Source: Candidatus Aenigmatarchaeota archaeon
GTDB taxonomy: Archaea > Aenigmatarchaeota > Aenigmatarchaeia > CG10238-14 > SpSt-28
Assembly: GCA_032249395.1 (NCBI GenBank)
Contig: JAVVFY010000004.1
Span: forward strand, 1 to 51,978
Reading direction: 5' to 3'
Length of the DNA stretch: 51,978 bases
Shown here: piece after piece, positions 44,767 through 51,978 of the stretch
How positions within the stretch are numbered: the stretch's first letter is position 1
How the letters are laid out: each line of letters opens with the position of its first letter
Program-made: the position numbers and the translations under genes
Notes under the pieces: generated by a model
Database searches by the model: none
Told to the model about the DNA's origin: nothing
The model's input: only the letters and a program-made list of their open reading frames with translations

Positions 44767-45399
44767 TTAGCTTTTACCAATCTCATATAATATCCTTTTG
44801 ATGTGAACGAACTTAGCACCACTCATTATAGAGACAAATATATCTTCATCAGTATCAGCAACATAAATTAGATGAACGTCTCCATTTTCTCTCTTCCTAT
44901 TTTCTCTTAATTTTTTAATAGCTTCAGATTTGGCATCGATGTATTTTTCACCATATACAGTAATAACTTCAATATTATATCCAAGTAACCTTAAAGTAAG
45001 TTCGGCAGCAAAATTCGCTGTAACCACAACTTTCTCATCTGCCTTTAATCTTTTGTCAACAAACTTTAGAATTGCATCTATTCTCTCCTTCTCTTTCTTA
45101 ATAGACTCATCTGACGCTATAATATTTCCGACATTATATAGATAGTACAAGAATATTTTTGGGTATTCTGTTTTCACTCTCAAAAGATTCGAATAGGAAT
45201 ATTCTCTTAACTCTCTAGGAAATGTTGCTCCTTTTCTTTCAGATTCTAAAATTGCGCGTTCGTAAGCTTCCTTGTTTATTTTTCTGCTAACCTTCTCGTC
45301 TATTAAAACTCCATCGTAATCAATGGCCGCTAATGTATAGGGTTTATTTAGAGGCTTATTTCCGTAAATGTTAGATCGATCTGTCATAATCCCACCCAC
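44767..45399 (-). CDS. HAD-superfamily hydrolase
   Basis: Motif I AAIDYDGVLIDE and motif IV-like IYVADTDEDIF. Confidence 0.5.
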   Translation of the reverse strand: MGGIMTDRSNIYGNKPLNKPYTLAAIDYDGVLIDEKVSRKINKEAYERAILESERKGATFPRELREYSYSNLLRVKTEYPKIFLYYLYNVGNIIASDESIKKEKERIDAILKFVDKRLKADEKVVVTANFAAELTLRLLGYNIEVITVYGEKYIDAKSEAIKKLRENRKRENGDVHLIYVADTDEDIFVSIMSGAKFVHIKRILYEIGKS

Positions 45400-45731
45400 A
45401 CGATATCTCTAAATCCTACCTTTACACCACTTTCAAGAAAGGAATTTGAAAAGCAATTCAAAACAAATCTAATATGCTGGTCCCCACAGCGCAAATTATG
45501 AGTAGGATCATCCCTTAGAGCCCCAAAGCAAAAATAGATGCAGCAATAACTATAGAAGAAATATCAGCTTCTTCCTTATCAAATATTAATGAGGCTCTAC
45601 AGTTCATTATCTTAATTTTACTGAAAGATTTTTAAACTTTTATCATGTATTTTTTGAACTAAGAATGACGATATTACTAACAAAAAATAAAAAACTAAAG
45701 CTTTTTAAACCTGCGTATAATACTAAACATC

Positions 45732-46139
45732 ATGGCAAAAGAATTCAGATGGAGAGGATTGACTTTAGAAGAATTAAAAAATATTTCATTAGACCAATTT
45801 ATTAAGCTGGTCCCTGCTAGAATAAGGAGAACTTTGAAAAGAGGATTAACTGAAGAACAAAAAAAGCTTCTAGAAAAAATAAGAAAAAATCCGAACAAGT
45901 TCCACAAAACTCATTTAAGAGATATGGTCATTTTACCAGAAATGATTGGAGCCAAGATAGGAGTTTATATTGGGGGTGCAAAACAAGGAGATAAAAGTGG
46001 GAAATGGCAAGTAATAACAATTACTCCAGAAATGGTTGGGAGAAGACTTGGTGAGTTTGCGATCCCTATAAAAAGAGTTCAACATTCGGCACCAGGAATT
46101 GGAGCATCCAAAGGCTCTAAGCACATAGCATCCAAATAA
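45732..46139 (+). CDS. rps19: 30S ribosomal protein S19 (uS19)
   Basis: FRWRGLTLEELKNISLDQFIKLVPARIRRTLKRGL, THLRDMVILPEMIG and GEFAIPIKRVQHSAPGIGASKGS. Confidence 0.85.
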   Translation: MAKEFRWRGLTLEELKNISLDQFIKLVPARIRRTLKRGLTEEQKKLLEKIRKNPNKFHKTHLRDMVILPEMIGAKIGVYIGGAKQGDKSGKWQVITITPEMVGRRLGEFAIPIKRVQHSAPGIGASKGSKHIASK

Positions 46140-46142
46140 TTT

Positions 46143-46706
46143 TTAGCATATATATTTCCCAACTTCTTTAGCTAATGTTTCATTTATGTAGATTGGAGCT
46201 TTTGTTCTTATAGCAATTGCTGTTGCGTCGCTTGGTCTACTATCCAAAATTAAAACTTTATCTTTTTGTTGAATAATTAGCTGTCCTATAAATGTATTTT
46301 CTCTCATCTCAACTATTTTTACAGCTAATACATTTATACCCAAATTTCTAAAAGCATCTAAAATAACATCGTAAACAGTAGGTCTAAAATCGACTTTTCC
46401 TTCTAAGCCTTTAAGGATTGCATTACCAACGTAAGCGTCTGTTGTAGCTTGAATTAAATAACAGCCCGCTTTCAAACTTATTTGAGCTCTATCTAGTAAA
46501 ATGGCATCAACACTTACGTTTGCAGGAATAAACCCCTTCGTAGAAACTTCTGCAATTGGATATTCTGAAACGTTAAAATTTCTATCTATAACTTCGATTT
46601 TTGCTCTAGTTAAAAAAGTTGTAGAGATGAGAGGATATAAATAGTCATATGACAAAGAAAAAATAGCAATTAACAATAATACAAAAAGTATCGCTCTTTC
46701 GCTCAT
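46143..46706 (-). CDS. Membrane-anchored bifunctional nuclease (DUF151/BFN) domain protein
   Basis: N-terminal TM helix. C-terminal LILDSRPSDATAIAIRTKAPIYINETLAKEVG matches the DaRPSDAiAlA...PIyV signature. Confidence 0.6.
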   Translation of the reverse strand: MSERAILFVLLLIAIFSLSYDYLYPLISTTFLTRAKIEVIDRNFNVSEYPIAEVSTKGFIPANVSVDAILLDRAQISLKAGCYLIQATTDAYVGNAILKGLEGKVDFRPTVYDVILDAFRNLGINVLAVKIVEMRENTFIGQLIIQQKDKVLILDSRPSDATAIAIRTKAPIYINETLAKEVGKYIC

Positions 46707-46861
46707 TTAAAATTTTTCAATTTCTGTTTAAAAATGCTTTTAGATTTAGTCTTTTATGTTAAACGCTAGTATTTATCAAAAATGTTTACAGTAATATATA
46801 TTTTATTTCACCGCAATGCTTTTATTGTGAAGCATAAACTATTATTAGCTATAACGTTGTG

Positions 46862-46890
46862 GGGGCTTGCGGAAAAATTTGGGGCTTGCG
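46862..46890 (+). repeat. 10-bp direct repeat GGGGCTTGCG x2 (46862-46871, 46881-46890), with a third partial GGGCTTC at about 46933
   Basis: Read directly. It lies in a relatively GC-rich patch of the 312-nt divergent intergenic region upstream of ftsZ. Confidence 0.6.
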
Positions 46891-46949
46891 TCAGCATACA
46901 GTGACATCGATTTGAACCAGTTATCGTTGAGTGGGCTTCTTCTAAATAT

Positions 46950-46983
46950 AGATCGAAAACCTGCTTTAAAAGGTTTTCGATCT
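46950..46983. promoter_or_regulatory. Perfect 12-bp inverted repeat AGATCGAAAACC-N10-GGTTTTCGATCT immediately upstream of the ftsZ TATA-like box
   Basis: Arms at 46950-46961 and 46972-46983 are exact reverse complements. AAAATATAT follows at about 46986-46994 and the ftsZ ATG is at 47019. Confidence 0.45.
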
Positions 46984-47018
46984 TAGAAAATATATGATGT
47001 GATAAATAGGTTGGTGCG

Positions 47019-48179
47019 ATGACAATGGATTCGATCGTTGCTAATGCATTAAGAAAAACGCTTGGTAGCGCTGATGAAAAAATTGGAAGATTTAGAATAG
47101 AGTCAACAAGTGGAGCAACTTTTAGCAACGTAGATTATTTCAAATTAGCAGAACAACAGTTCGGAATTCAAGTGAAAAAAGCAAAAATAGTTGTTGTCGG
47201 ATGTGGAGGGGCTGGTTGCAATAGCGTTACTAGATTAACTGAAATGGGAATCCAAGGTGCATATACTGTTGCTTTAAATACTGATGCTAAAGCTTTAGCA
47301 GTCACAAAAGCTGATAAAAAGATACTCATAGGAAAGGAATTGACCAAAGGTTTAGGATGCGGTGGATATCCTGAAATTGGTAGAAAAGCAGCAGAGGAGT
47401 CACGAAATGAAATCAAAGAAGCAATAGAAGGGGCGGATTTAGTATTCGCAATAGCTGGATTGGGAAAAGGAACAGGAACTGGTAGCATTCCTGTTGTTGC
47501 GGAAATAGCTAAGTCGATGGGTGCTCTAGTTATTGCTGTAGTAACGATGCCTTTCAAGATAGAAGGAGCTAGAATTTCTAAAGCTGAAGATGGATTAGCC
47601 GTTTTAAGACAGCATGCTGACACGGTTATAGTAATTGAAAATGATAAGCTATTAAAATATGCTGGTAATCTAACAATACAACAAGCTTTCGCAGTTGCCG
47701 ATGAGCTAATAGCAAGCATGGTTAAGGGAATAACAGAAACTATAACATTACCAAGCTTGGTTAACCTAGATTATGCAGATGTTAAAGCCGTGATGTCTAC
47801 AGGAGGAGGAGTGGCAGCTATTGGAGTTGGAGAAAGTAGTTCTTCAGACAGAGCAAAAGATGCTGTAATGAAGGCTTTACAAAATCCTCTACTAGAAGTA
47901 GATTATACAGGCGCTGCTGGTGCGTTAGTTCACATAACAGGTGGACCAGATTTGAGACTAGAGGAAGTTAATCTTATAGGAGAAACTGTTGCTCAAAGTT
48001 TAGATCCGTCAGCAATAGTTTACTGGGGCGCACGAATATTGCCTGAGTTTGAAGGAAAGATTCAAGTAATAACAATAATAACTGGTGTTAAATCACCATA
48101 CATACTAGGAAGTGCGCCAAGGGAAATGCCATTAATAAGAGAAACTAACCCGTTGCTAGGAATAGACATCATCAAATGA
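47019..48179 (+). CDS. ftsZ: Cell division GTPase FtsZ
   Basis: VVGCGGAGCNSVTRL, the tubulin signature AGLGKGTGTGSIPVVAEIAK, and NLDYADVKAVM. Confidence 0.95.
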   Translation: MTMDSIVANALRKTLGSADEKIGRFRIESTSGATFSNVDYFKLAEQQFGIQVKKAKIVVVGCGGAGCNSVTRLTEMGIQGAYTVALNTDAKALAVTKADKKILIGKELTKGLGCGGYPEIGRKAAEESRNEIKEAIEGADLVFAIAGLGKGTGTGSIPVVAEIAKSMGALVIAVVTMPFKIEGARISKAEDGLAVLRQHADTVIVIENDKLLKYAGNLTIQQAFAVADELIASMVKGITETITLPSLVNLDYADVKAVMSTGGGVAAIGVGESSSSDRAKDAVMKALQNPLLEVDYTGAAGALVHITGGPDLRLEEVNLIGETVAQSLDPSAIVYWGARILPEFEGKIQVITIITGVKSPYILGSAPREMPLIRETNPLLGIDIIK

Positions 48180-48226
48180 ATTCCTTTCCCTCTTTCTTTT
48201 TCTTCTTAAAAAAAGAGGTGGTAAAG

Positions 48227-48298
48227 TTGAAAGAGGAAATGGATGAAGTCTGGGATCCGTTAGAAGACAATGTATACTTCGATGACGAGGGTTTCTAG
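48227..48298 (+). CDS. Possible micro-ORF encoding a 23-aa acidic peptide (MKEEMDEVWDPLEDNVYFDDEGF)
   Basis: TTG start 5-6 nt after AAGAGGTGG. The stretch is noticeably more GC-rich than typical spacers here. It lies between ftsZ and the convergent cysS. Confidence 0.3.
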   Translation: MKEEMDEVWDPLEDNVYFDDEGF

Positions 48299-48318
48299 AA
48301 TTTATTTTAGAATCTTTT

Positions 48319-49884
48319 TTAAATTTTTTTCCAAACGACTCCTTCTTTAGTATCTTCTAGCAAAATTCCATACTCGTTTTTCAATTTTTCTCTAATTTTA
48401 TCTGCTTCTTCAAATTTTCCTTCTTTTCTCAACTTTTCCCTTTCTTCAATTAGCTTTTTAACTTCCTCTGGCAATTCCTCTTCTTTTAAGAATTCTTCAA
48501 GCTTTAACCCAAGAACTTTATCAAAAAATAACATTAGCTCTATAGCTCTTTCTGCATCTTTTTTAGTTAACATTTTCTCAGCAATTAGTTTGTTTGTTTC
48601 GCTGATGAAATTGAACATAGCAGCTAAAGATTTTGGCATATTGAAATCATCGGCCAGAGCTTTCAAGAAATCTTTTTTGGTTTGACTTAAAAGTTTGGTA
48701 AATTCTTTTGAATGTTTTCCTTCTTTCACATTTTTCAAAGCGTGTAAAAAGTTTCTAATTCTTTCAATACTACCTTTAGCTGCATTCAATGCTTCAAACG
48801 TAAAGTTTTGTTCATCTCTGTAATGAGCTGAAATAAACAAAAATCTAATCTCTCTCCATGAATATCCCCTATCGAGTAAATCTTTTAAAGTGTAATAATT
48901 TCCTAAACTTTTGCTCATTTTTTGTCCGTTAACAAGCAAGAAGTTGCAGTGAATCCAATAGTTAACAAATTTTTTGCCAGTCGCTGCCTCGCTTTGAGCT
49001 ATTTCGTTTGTATGATGAATTGGAATATGGTCTATTCCACCAGCGTGAATATCAAATGTTTCTCCTAAATACTTCATGCTCATGGCAGAACATTCTATAT
49101 GCCATCCTGGAAATCCAACAAAATTGAATTTAACTCTATACTTCTCTCCTTCCTCTTTAACTTCAAGAATTTTTATATTCGGGTTTTCTTTTGACCATTT
49201 CGAAACATTTTCGTATTCTTCTTTAGTTAAAACCCATTCAGTTATATAATCCCATTCCATGTGCCTTTTTTTGTCGGCGGGAGAGAATTTCCATAGAGCA
49301 AAATCTGTTATATTTCTTTTTCCCTCTACTGGCTCTACCCTAGCTCCCTCAATCAAGTACTTGTTCAATTTTTTGAAAGACATTCCAGTTAATTTTCCGT
49401 AATCTTTGAATTTTGAGGTATCGTAATAAATTCCGTCTTTCAAAATGTAAGCATATCCTTTTTCTTTAAGTTTTTCTATTAAATCTTGCATTTCTTTTAT
49501 GTGTTGAGTTGCTTTTGGAATGATATGAGCTTTTTGTATGTTTAAAGTTTCTATATCTTTGAAAAACTCTTGAGTAAAGAATTCTGCAATCTCCCAAGCA
49601 GTTTTCTGTTTTTCTCTGGCTGCCATTTCTACTTTATCTTCTCCTGTATCTGCTTGACTAGTTAAATGACCTACATCAGTTATGTTCATGACATGAATGA
49701 CTTTATAGCCAAAAAGTTCAAGAGTCCTCCTTATCACATCTTCATTCACATAAGTCCTCAAATTTCCGATGTGAGCGTAATCATAAACAGTTGGGCCACA
49801 AGTATACATTCTAACTTCTTTATCGTTTATTGGTTTGAAAACTTGTTTTTTTCTTGTTAGCGTGTTAAATATTTTTATCTTCAT
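48319..49884 (-). CDS. cysS: Cysteinyl-tRNA synthetase (with an insertion of about 40-45 aa before the GWHIECS motif)
   Basis: MYTCGPTVYDYAHIGNLRTY (HIGH), GFPGWHIECSAM and KMSKSLGN. Confidence 0.9.
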   Translation of the reverse strand: MKIKIFNTLTRKKQVFKPINDKEVRMYTCGPTVYDYAHIGNLRTYVNEDVIRRTLELFGYKVIHVMNITDVGHLTSQADTGEDKVEMAAREKQKTAWEIAEFFTQEFFKDIETLNIQKAHIIPKATQHIKEMQDLIEKLKEKGYAYILKDGIYYDTSKFKDYGKLTGMSFKKLNKYLIEGARVEPVEGKRNITDFALWKFSPADKKRHMEWDYITEWVLTKEEYENVSKWSKENPNIKILEVKEEGEKYRVKFNFVGFPGWHIECSAMSMKYLGETFDIHAGGIDHIPIHHTNEIAQSEAATGKKFVNYWIHCNFLLVNGQKMSKSLGNYYTLKDLLDRGYSWREIRFLFISAHYRDEQNFTFEALNAAKGSIERIRNFLHALKNVKEGKHSKEFTKLLSQTKKDFLKALADDFNMPKSLAAMFNFISETNKLIAEKMLTKKDAERAIELMLFFDKVLGLKLEEFLKEEELPEEVKKLIEEREKLRKEGKFEEADKIREKLKNEYGILLEDTKEGVVWKKI

Positions 49885-50015
49885 GAATTCACCTCCCCAG
49901 CAAATAGAAAACTAAATAGAAAAGAGATAAGAACTAGCTTAACAAAGATGACCAACCATTTTTCTAATAGTTGATTCAAATTTAAAAGCTTTTTGTAGAT
50001 AAGGGAAATTCTAAA

Positions 50016-51077
50016 ATGAAGGAAGCAATTCTATACAAAAAATTAAACGGAAAAGTTCAATGTACAGCTTGTAGAAGGAGATGTGTTTTGGAAGAAGGTC
50101 AAATAGGTTTTTGTGGTGTAAGAAAAAATATTAGAGGAAAATTAAGGCTTTTAGTTCATTCCTTACCGAATGCTGTAAATATTGATCCAATAGAGAAAAA
50201 ACCATTATTTCATTTTTTGCCAGGAACTTTAGCTCTTTCAATCGGAACTCAGGGATGCAATTTTGCTTGTCAGTTTTGTCAAAATTATGATTTAAGCCAA
50301 AGAAGAGAAATAATTGGATTTAGATTAACTCCAACACAAGCTGTGAAAATGGCTTTAGATTATGGATGTAAATCAATCAGCTATACTTACAATGAGCCAA
50401 CAATTTTTATAGAGTACGCTTATGATGTTGGTAAACTCGCTAGGAAAAAAGGTTTAGCAAACACTTTTGTTACTAATGGTTATGAGAGTGAAGAATCTAT
50501 TGAGCTAATGAGAGAATTTATAGATGCTGTCACAGTAGATTTTAAAGGAAATGGAAATCCTCAATTTTACTTGAAATATATGAGCGTTCCTAAAGAAGAA
50601 GAGATTTATCAAACTTTGCTAATGATGAAAGAAGCTGGATTTCATATTGAAATAACAGATTTAGTAGTTCCAAAAATTGGTGATAGTTTAGAAGATGCCA
50701 AAAAACTTGTTAAGTGGATTGTAGAAAATTTAGGAGAAGAAACTCCAATTCACTTTTTAAGATTCTTCCCACACTATTTACTTAGCAATCTGCCACCAAC
50801 TCCAGTTGAAACTTTAGAAAAACATGCTAAAATAGCAAAAGAGGAAGGCATGAAATTTGTTTATATAGGAAATGTTCCTGGTCATCCGTTAGAGCATACT
50901 TATTGTCCTAAATGCGGAAAACCCCTAATTGAAAGATATGGCATAGAAATTGTTGGTTGGCATTTGGATGAAAATTTTAGATGCAAATATTGTGGATACA
51001 AGCTTCCAATAAAAGGAGAAAATTTTCTCAAAGAGAAACTTGAGAATTTAAAGAAAGAAAGCCAAAATAGAGAATGA
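50016..51077 (+). CDS. amrS: AmmeMemoRadiSam-system-type radical SAM enzyme
   Basis: N-terminal VQCTACRRRCVLEEGQIGFCGVRKN, the radical SAM cluster motif GCNFACQFCQNYD, and a C-terminal Zn ribbon CPKCGKPL...CKYCGY. Confidence 0.8.
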   Translation: MKEAILYKKLNGKVQCTACRRRCVLEEGQIGFCGVRKNIRGKLRLLVHSLPNAVNIDPIEKKPLFHFLPGTLALSIGTQGCNFACQFCQNYDLSQRREIIGFRLTPTQAVKMALDYGCKSISYTYNEPTIFIEYAYDVGKLARKKGLANTFVTNGYESEESIELMREFIDAVTVDFKGNGNPQFYLKYMSVPKEEEIYQTLLMMKEAGFHIEITDLVVPKIGDSLEDAKKLVKWIVENLGEETPIHFLRFFPHYLLSNLPPTPVETLEKHAKIAKEEGMKFVYIGNVPGHPLEHTYCPKCGKPLIERYGIEIVGWHLDENFRCKYCGYKLPIKGENFLKEKLENLKKESQNRE

Positions 51078-51978
51078 GGAAATTAGAAACATTTTTGACT
51101 CTCGCACTTCTTTCTATCTTTGTTTTTAACTGGGCTTATTCCTTAGATTGCAAAATTGTCACCGGTTCTTGTCCTTCTGGATACTCCTGTCTATTTTCTC
51201 TTTATTCCACTCAAAATTCTCATGCTGGAGCCTGCGGCTATTACACATATTCTGTTTGTTGTGATGAAATATTTTCTTACATGAATCAAACTTGTAACTC
51301 TTCTACTTCAGCCATATTGTCATTTTATCAACAAAACAACACTCACGTAGCCGAACCAAATTACTATAATAATTGGAAGCTCTGTGCAGGTTATTCCACT
51401 TATCCTTTGGAATGTACAATAAGACAAGGTCCATGTTATGATGATGAAACATGCTTAGTTTCGCTTTATAATACTGTAAATTCTCATGTTGCTAATTGTA
51501 GCTATTACAACAATAGTCTTTGTTGTAAAAAACTTAGCGATTTGATGGTTAATTCTTCTTCATTTCAATTTCCATCTAATTTAATTTTTGGCAGCAATGT
51601 AACAATAAACATAACTATTTGGAACATTGGAGATACAACAGCTTATAATGTAAACGTTTCTTGTTATGAGAATGGTAAATTGTTTGACTCAAAAATAATT
51701 TCTTCAATACCAGTAGGATCGAGTTATCAAACATCTTGTAATTGGACTGTTAGTTGTTTAACAAACATTTCGGTTAAAGTCGATCCAAACAATTTGATAA
51801 AAGAATTGAATGAAAGTAATAACGAAGCTTGGAAGCAAGTCTCTATAATTGAATATTTAAACGTTACAATAGATTATCCGGCGGACGAACAAAGGTTTTA
51901 CAGAGGGCAAACAATTTGGTTGAATTCTACAATAAATTCTTCCTGTGGTAATCCAACGTCTTATGATGTTTATTGGTA
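51074..51978 (+). CDS. Secreted Cys-rich repeat protein with a CARDB-like domain (3' end beyond the window)
   Basis: Absent from the ORF track (no stop). The ATG at 51074 overlaps the amrS stop (ATGA). Signal peptide MRKLETFLTLALLSIFVFNWAYS. Repeated module C..GSCPSGYSCLFSLYSTQNSHAGACGYYTYSVCC / CTIRQGPCYDDETCLVSLYNTVNSHVANCSYYNNSLCC. Then CARDB-like NITIWNIGDTTAYNVNVSCYENGK...VKVDPNNLIKELNESNNEAW. Confidence 0.7.
   Translation, partial: MRKLETFLTLALLSIFVFNWAYSLDCKIVTGSCPSGYSCLFSLYSTQNSHAGACGYYTYSVCCDEIFSYMNQTCNSSTSAILSFYQQNNTHVAEPNYYNNWKLCAGYSTYPLECTIRQGPCYDDETCLVSLYNTVNSHVANCSYYNNSLCCKKLSDLMVNSSSFQFPSNLIFGSNVTINITIWNIGDTTAYNVNVSCYENGKLFDSKIISSIPVGSSYQTSCNWTVSCLTNISVKVDPNNLIKELNESNNEAWKQVSIIEYLNVTIDYPADEQRFYRGQTIWLNSTINSSCGNPTSYDVYW

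Noticed and set aside
45440-45600. Minus-strand small ORF MNCRASLIFDKEEADISSIVIAASIFALGL*GMILLIICAVGTSILDLF with an in-frame TAA
   Set aside because: It is short, has no family signal and has a weak start context. It could be another remnant, but the evidence is too thin to call.
46905-46925. T-loop-like GGTTCAAATC on the minus strand (46909-46918), considered as a split-tRNA half or tRNA fragment
   Set aside because: The flanking bases do not form a T-stem (ACTGG versus CGATG), and no acceptor or anticodon arm can be drawn.
46808-47719. Minus-strand ORFs 46808-47128 and 47168-47719
   Set aside because: They are antisense to ftsZ or lie in its upstream spacer. Their Ala/Ser-rich translations mirror the Gly/Ala-rich FtsZ codons.
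1-51978. CRISPR arrays, rRNA genes, IS elements or transposases, integrases
   Set aside because: No regularly spaced repeats of 24-40 bp, no rRNA-like conserved blocks, and no DDE, serine or tyrosine recombinase motifs were seen in any ORF. Only the short repeats listed as features were found.

Overview
This is an AT-rich, compact archaeal chromosome segment with about 60 genes on both strands. All domain calls rest on motif recognition by eye; no HMM or BLAST search was possible. Archaeal hallmarks in the translations are eL31, aIF6, TFS, pyruvoyl-dependent arginine decarboxylase, a DUF99 protein, an archaemetzincin-like gene, a PGF-pre-PGF surface glycoprotein, and a tRNA with a canonical 37/38 intron. 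GGTG-type Shine-Dalgarno motifs and 1-4 nt gene overlaps are common. A small-genome (DPANN-like) archaeon is only a guess. Two edge-truncated ORFs are missing from the supplied ORF track: a type IIG-like restriction-modification enzyme at 1-1968 (-) and a Cys-rich CARDB protein at 51074-51978 (+). The best candidate for a novel system is the left 8.4 kb, which looks like a defence island. It holds a tightly packed cassette of RadC(JAB), an orphan 222-aa protein, a Panacea/DUF4065-like protein and the type IIG R-M enzyme. Next come a divergently transcribed sacsin-like GHKL ATPase fused to a DUF3883-like nuclease, a divergent proteasome-beta/HslV-like Ntn hydrolase that keeps the Thr1/Asp17/Lys catalytic pattern, and two unknown genes, one of them broken. 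A second unusual cluster (15177-19135) has a 703-aa protein made of two tandem wHTH-metallophosphoesterase modules. It converges on a COG1407/PdeM-like phosphoesterase that is coupled to an unknown 357-aa protein. The rest is mainly housekeeping: asnS, cysS, ftsZ, thiI, uS19, scpB, UDG, signal peptidase, three tRNAs, and transporters. It also includes an extracytoplasmic thiol/metal cluster and a radical SAM enzyme translationally coupled to a secreted Cys-rich repeat protein. At least eight genes are broken by in-frame stops (TAA, TAG and TGA) or frameshifts, many at homopolymers. They are peroxiredoxin, an RNase J-like beta-CASP enzyme, Ku, CopA, a CysK-like PLP enzyme, an archaemetzincin, a metal-binding remnant and one hypothetical gene. 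This indicates either real gene decay or partly an error-prone assembly.
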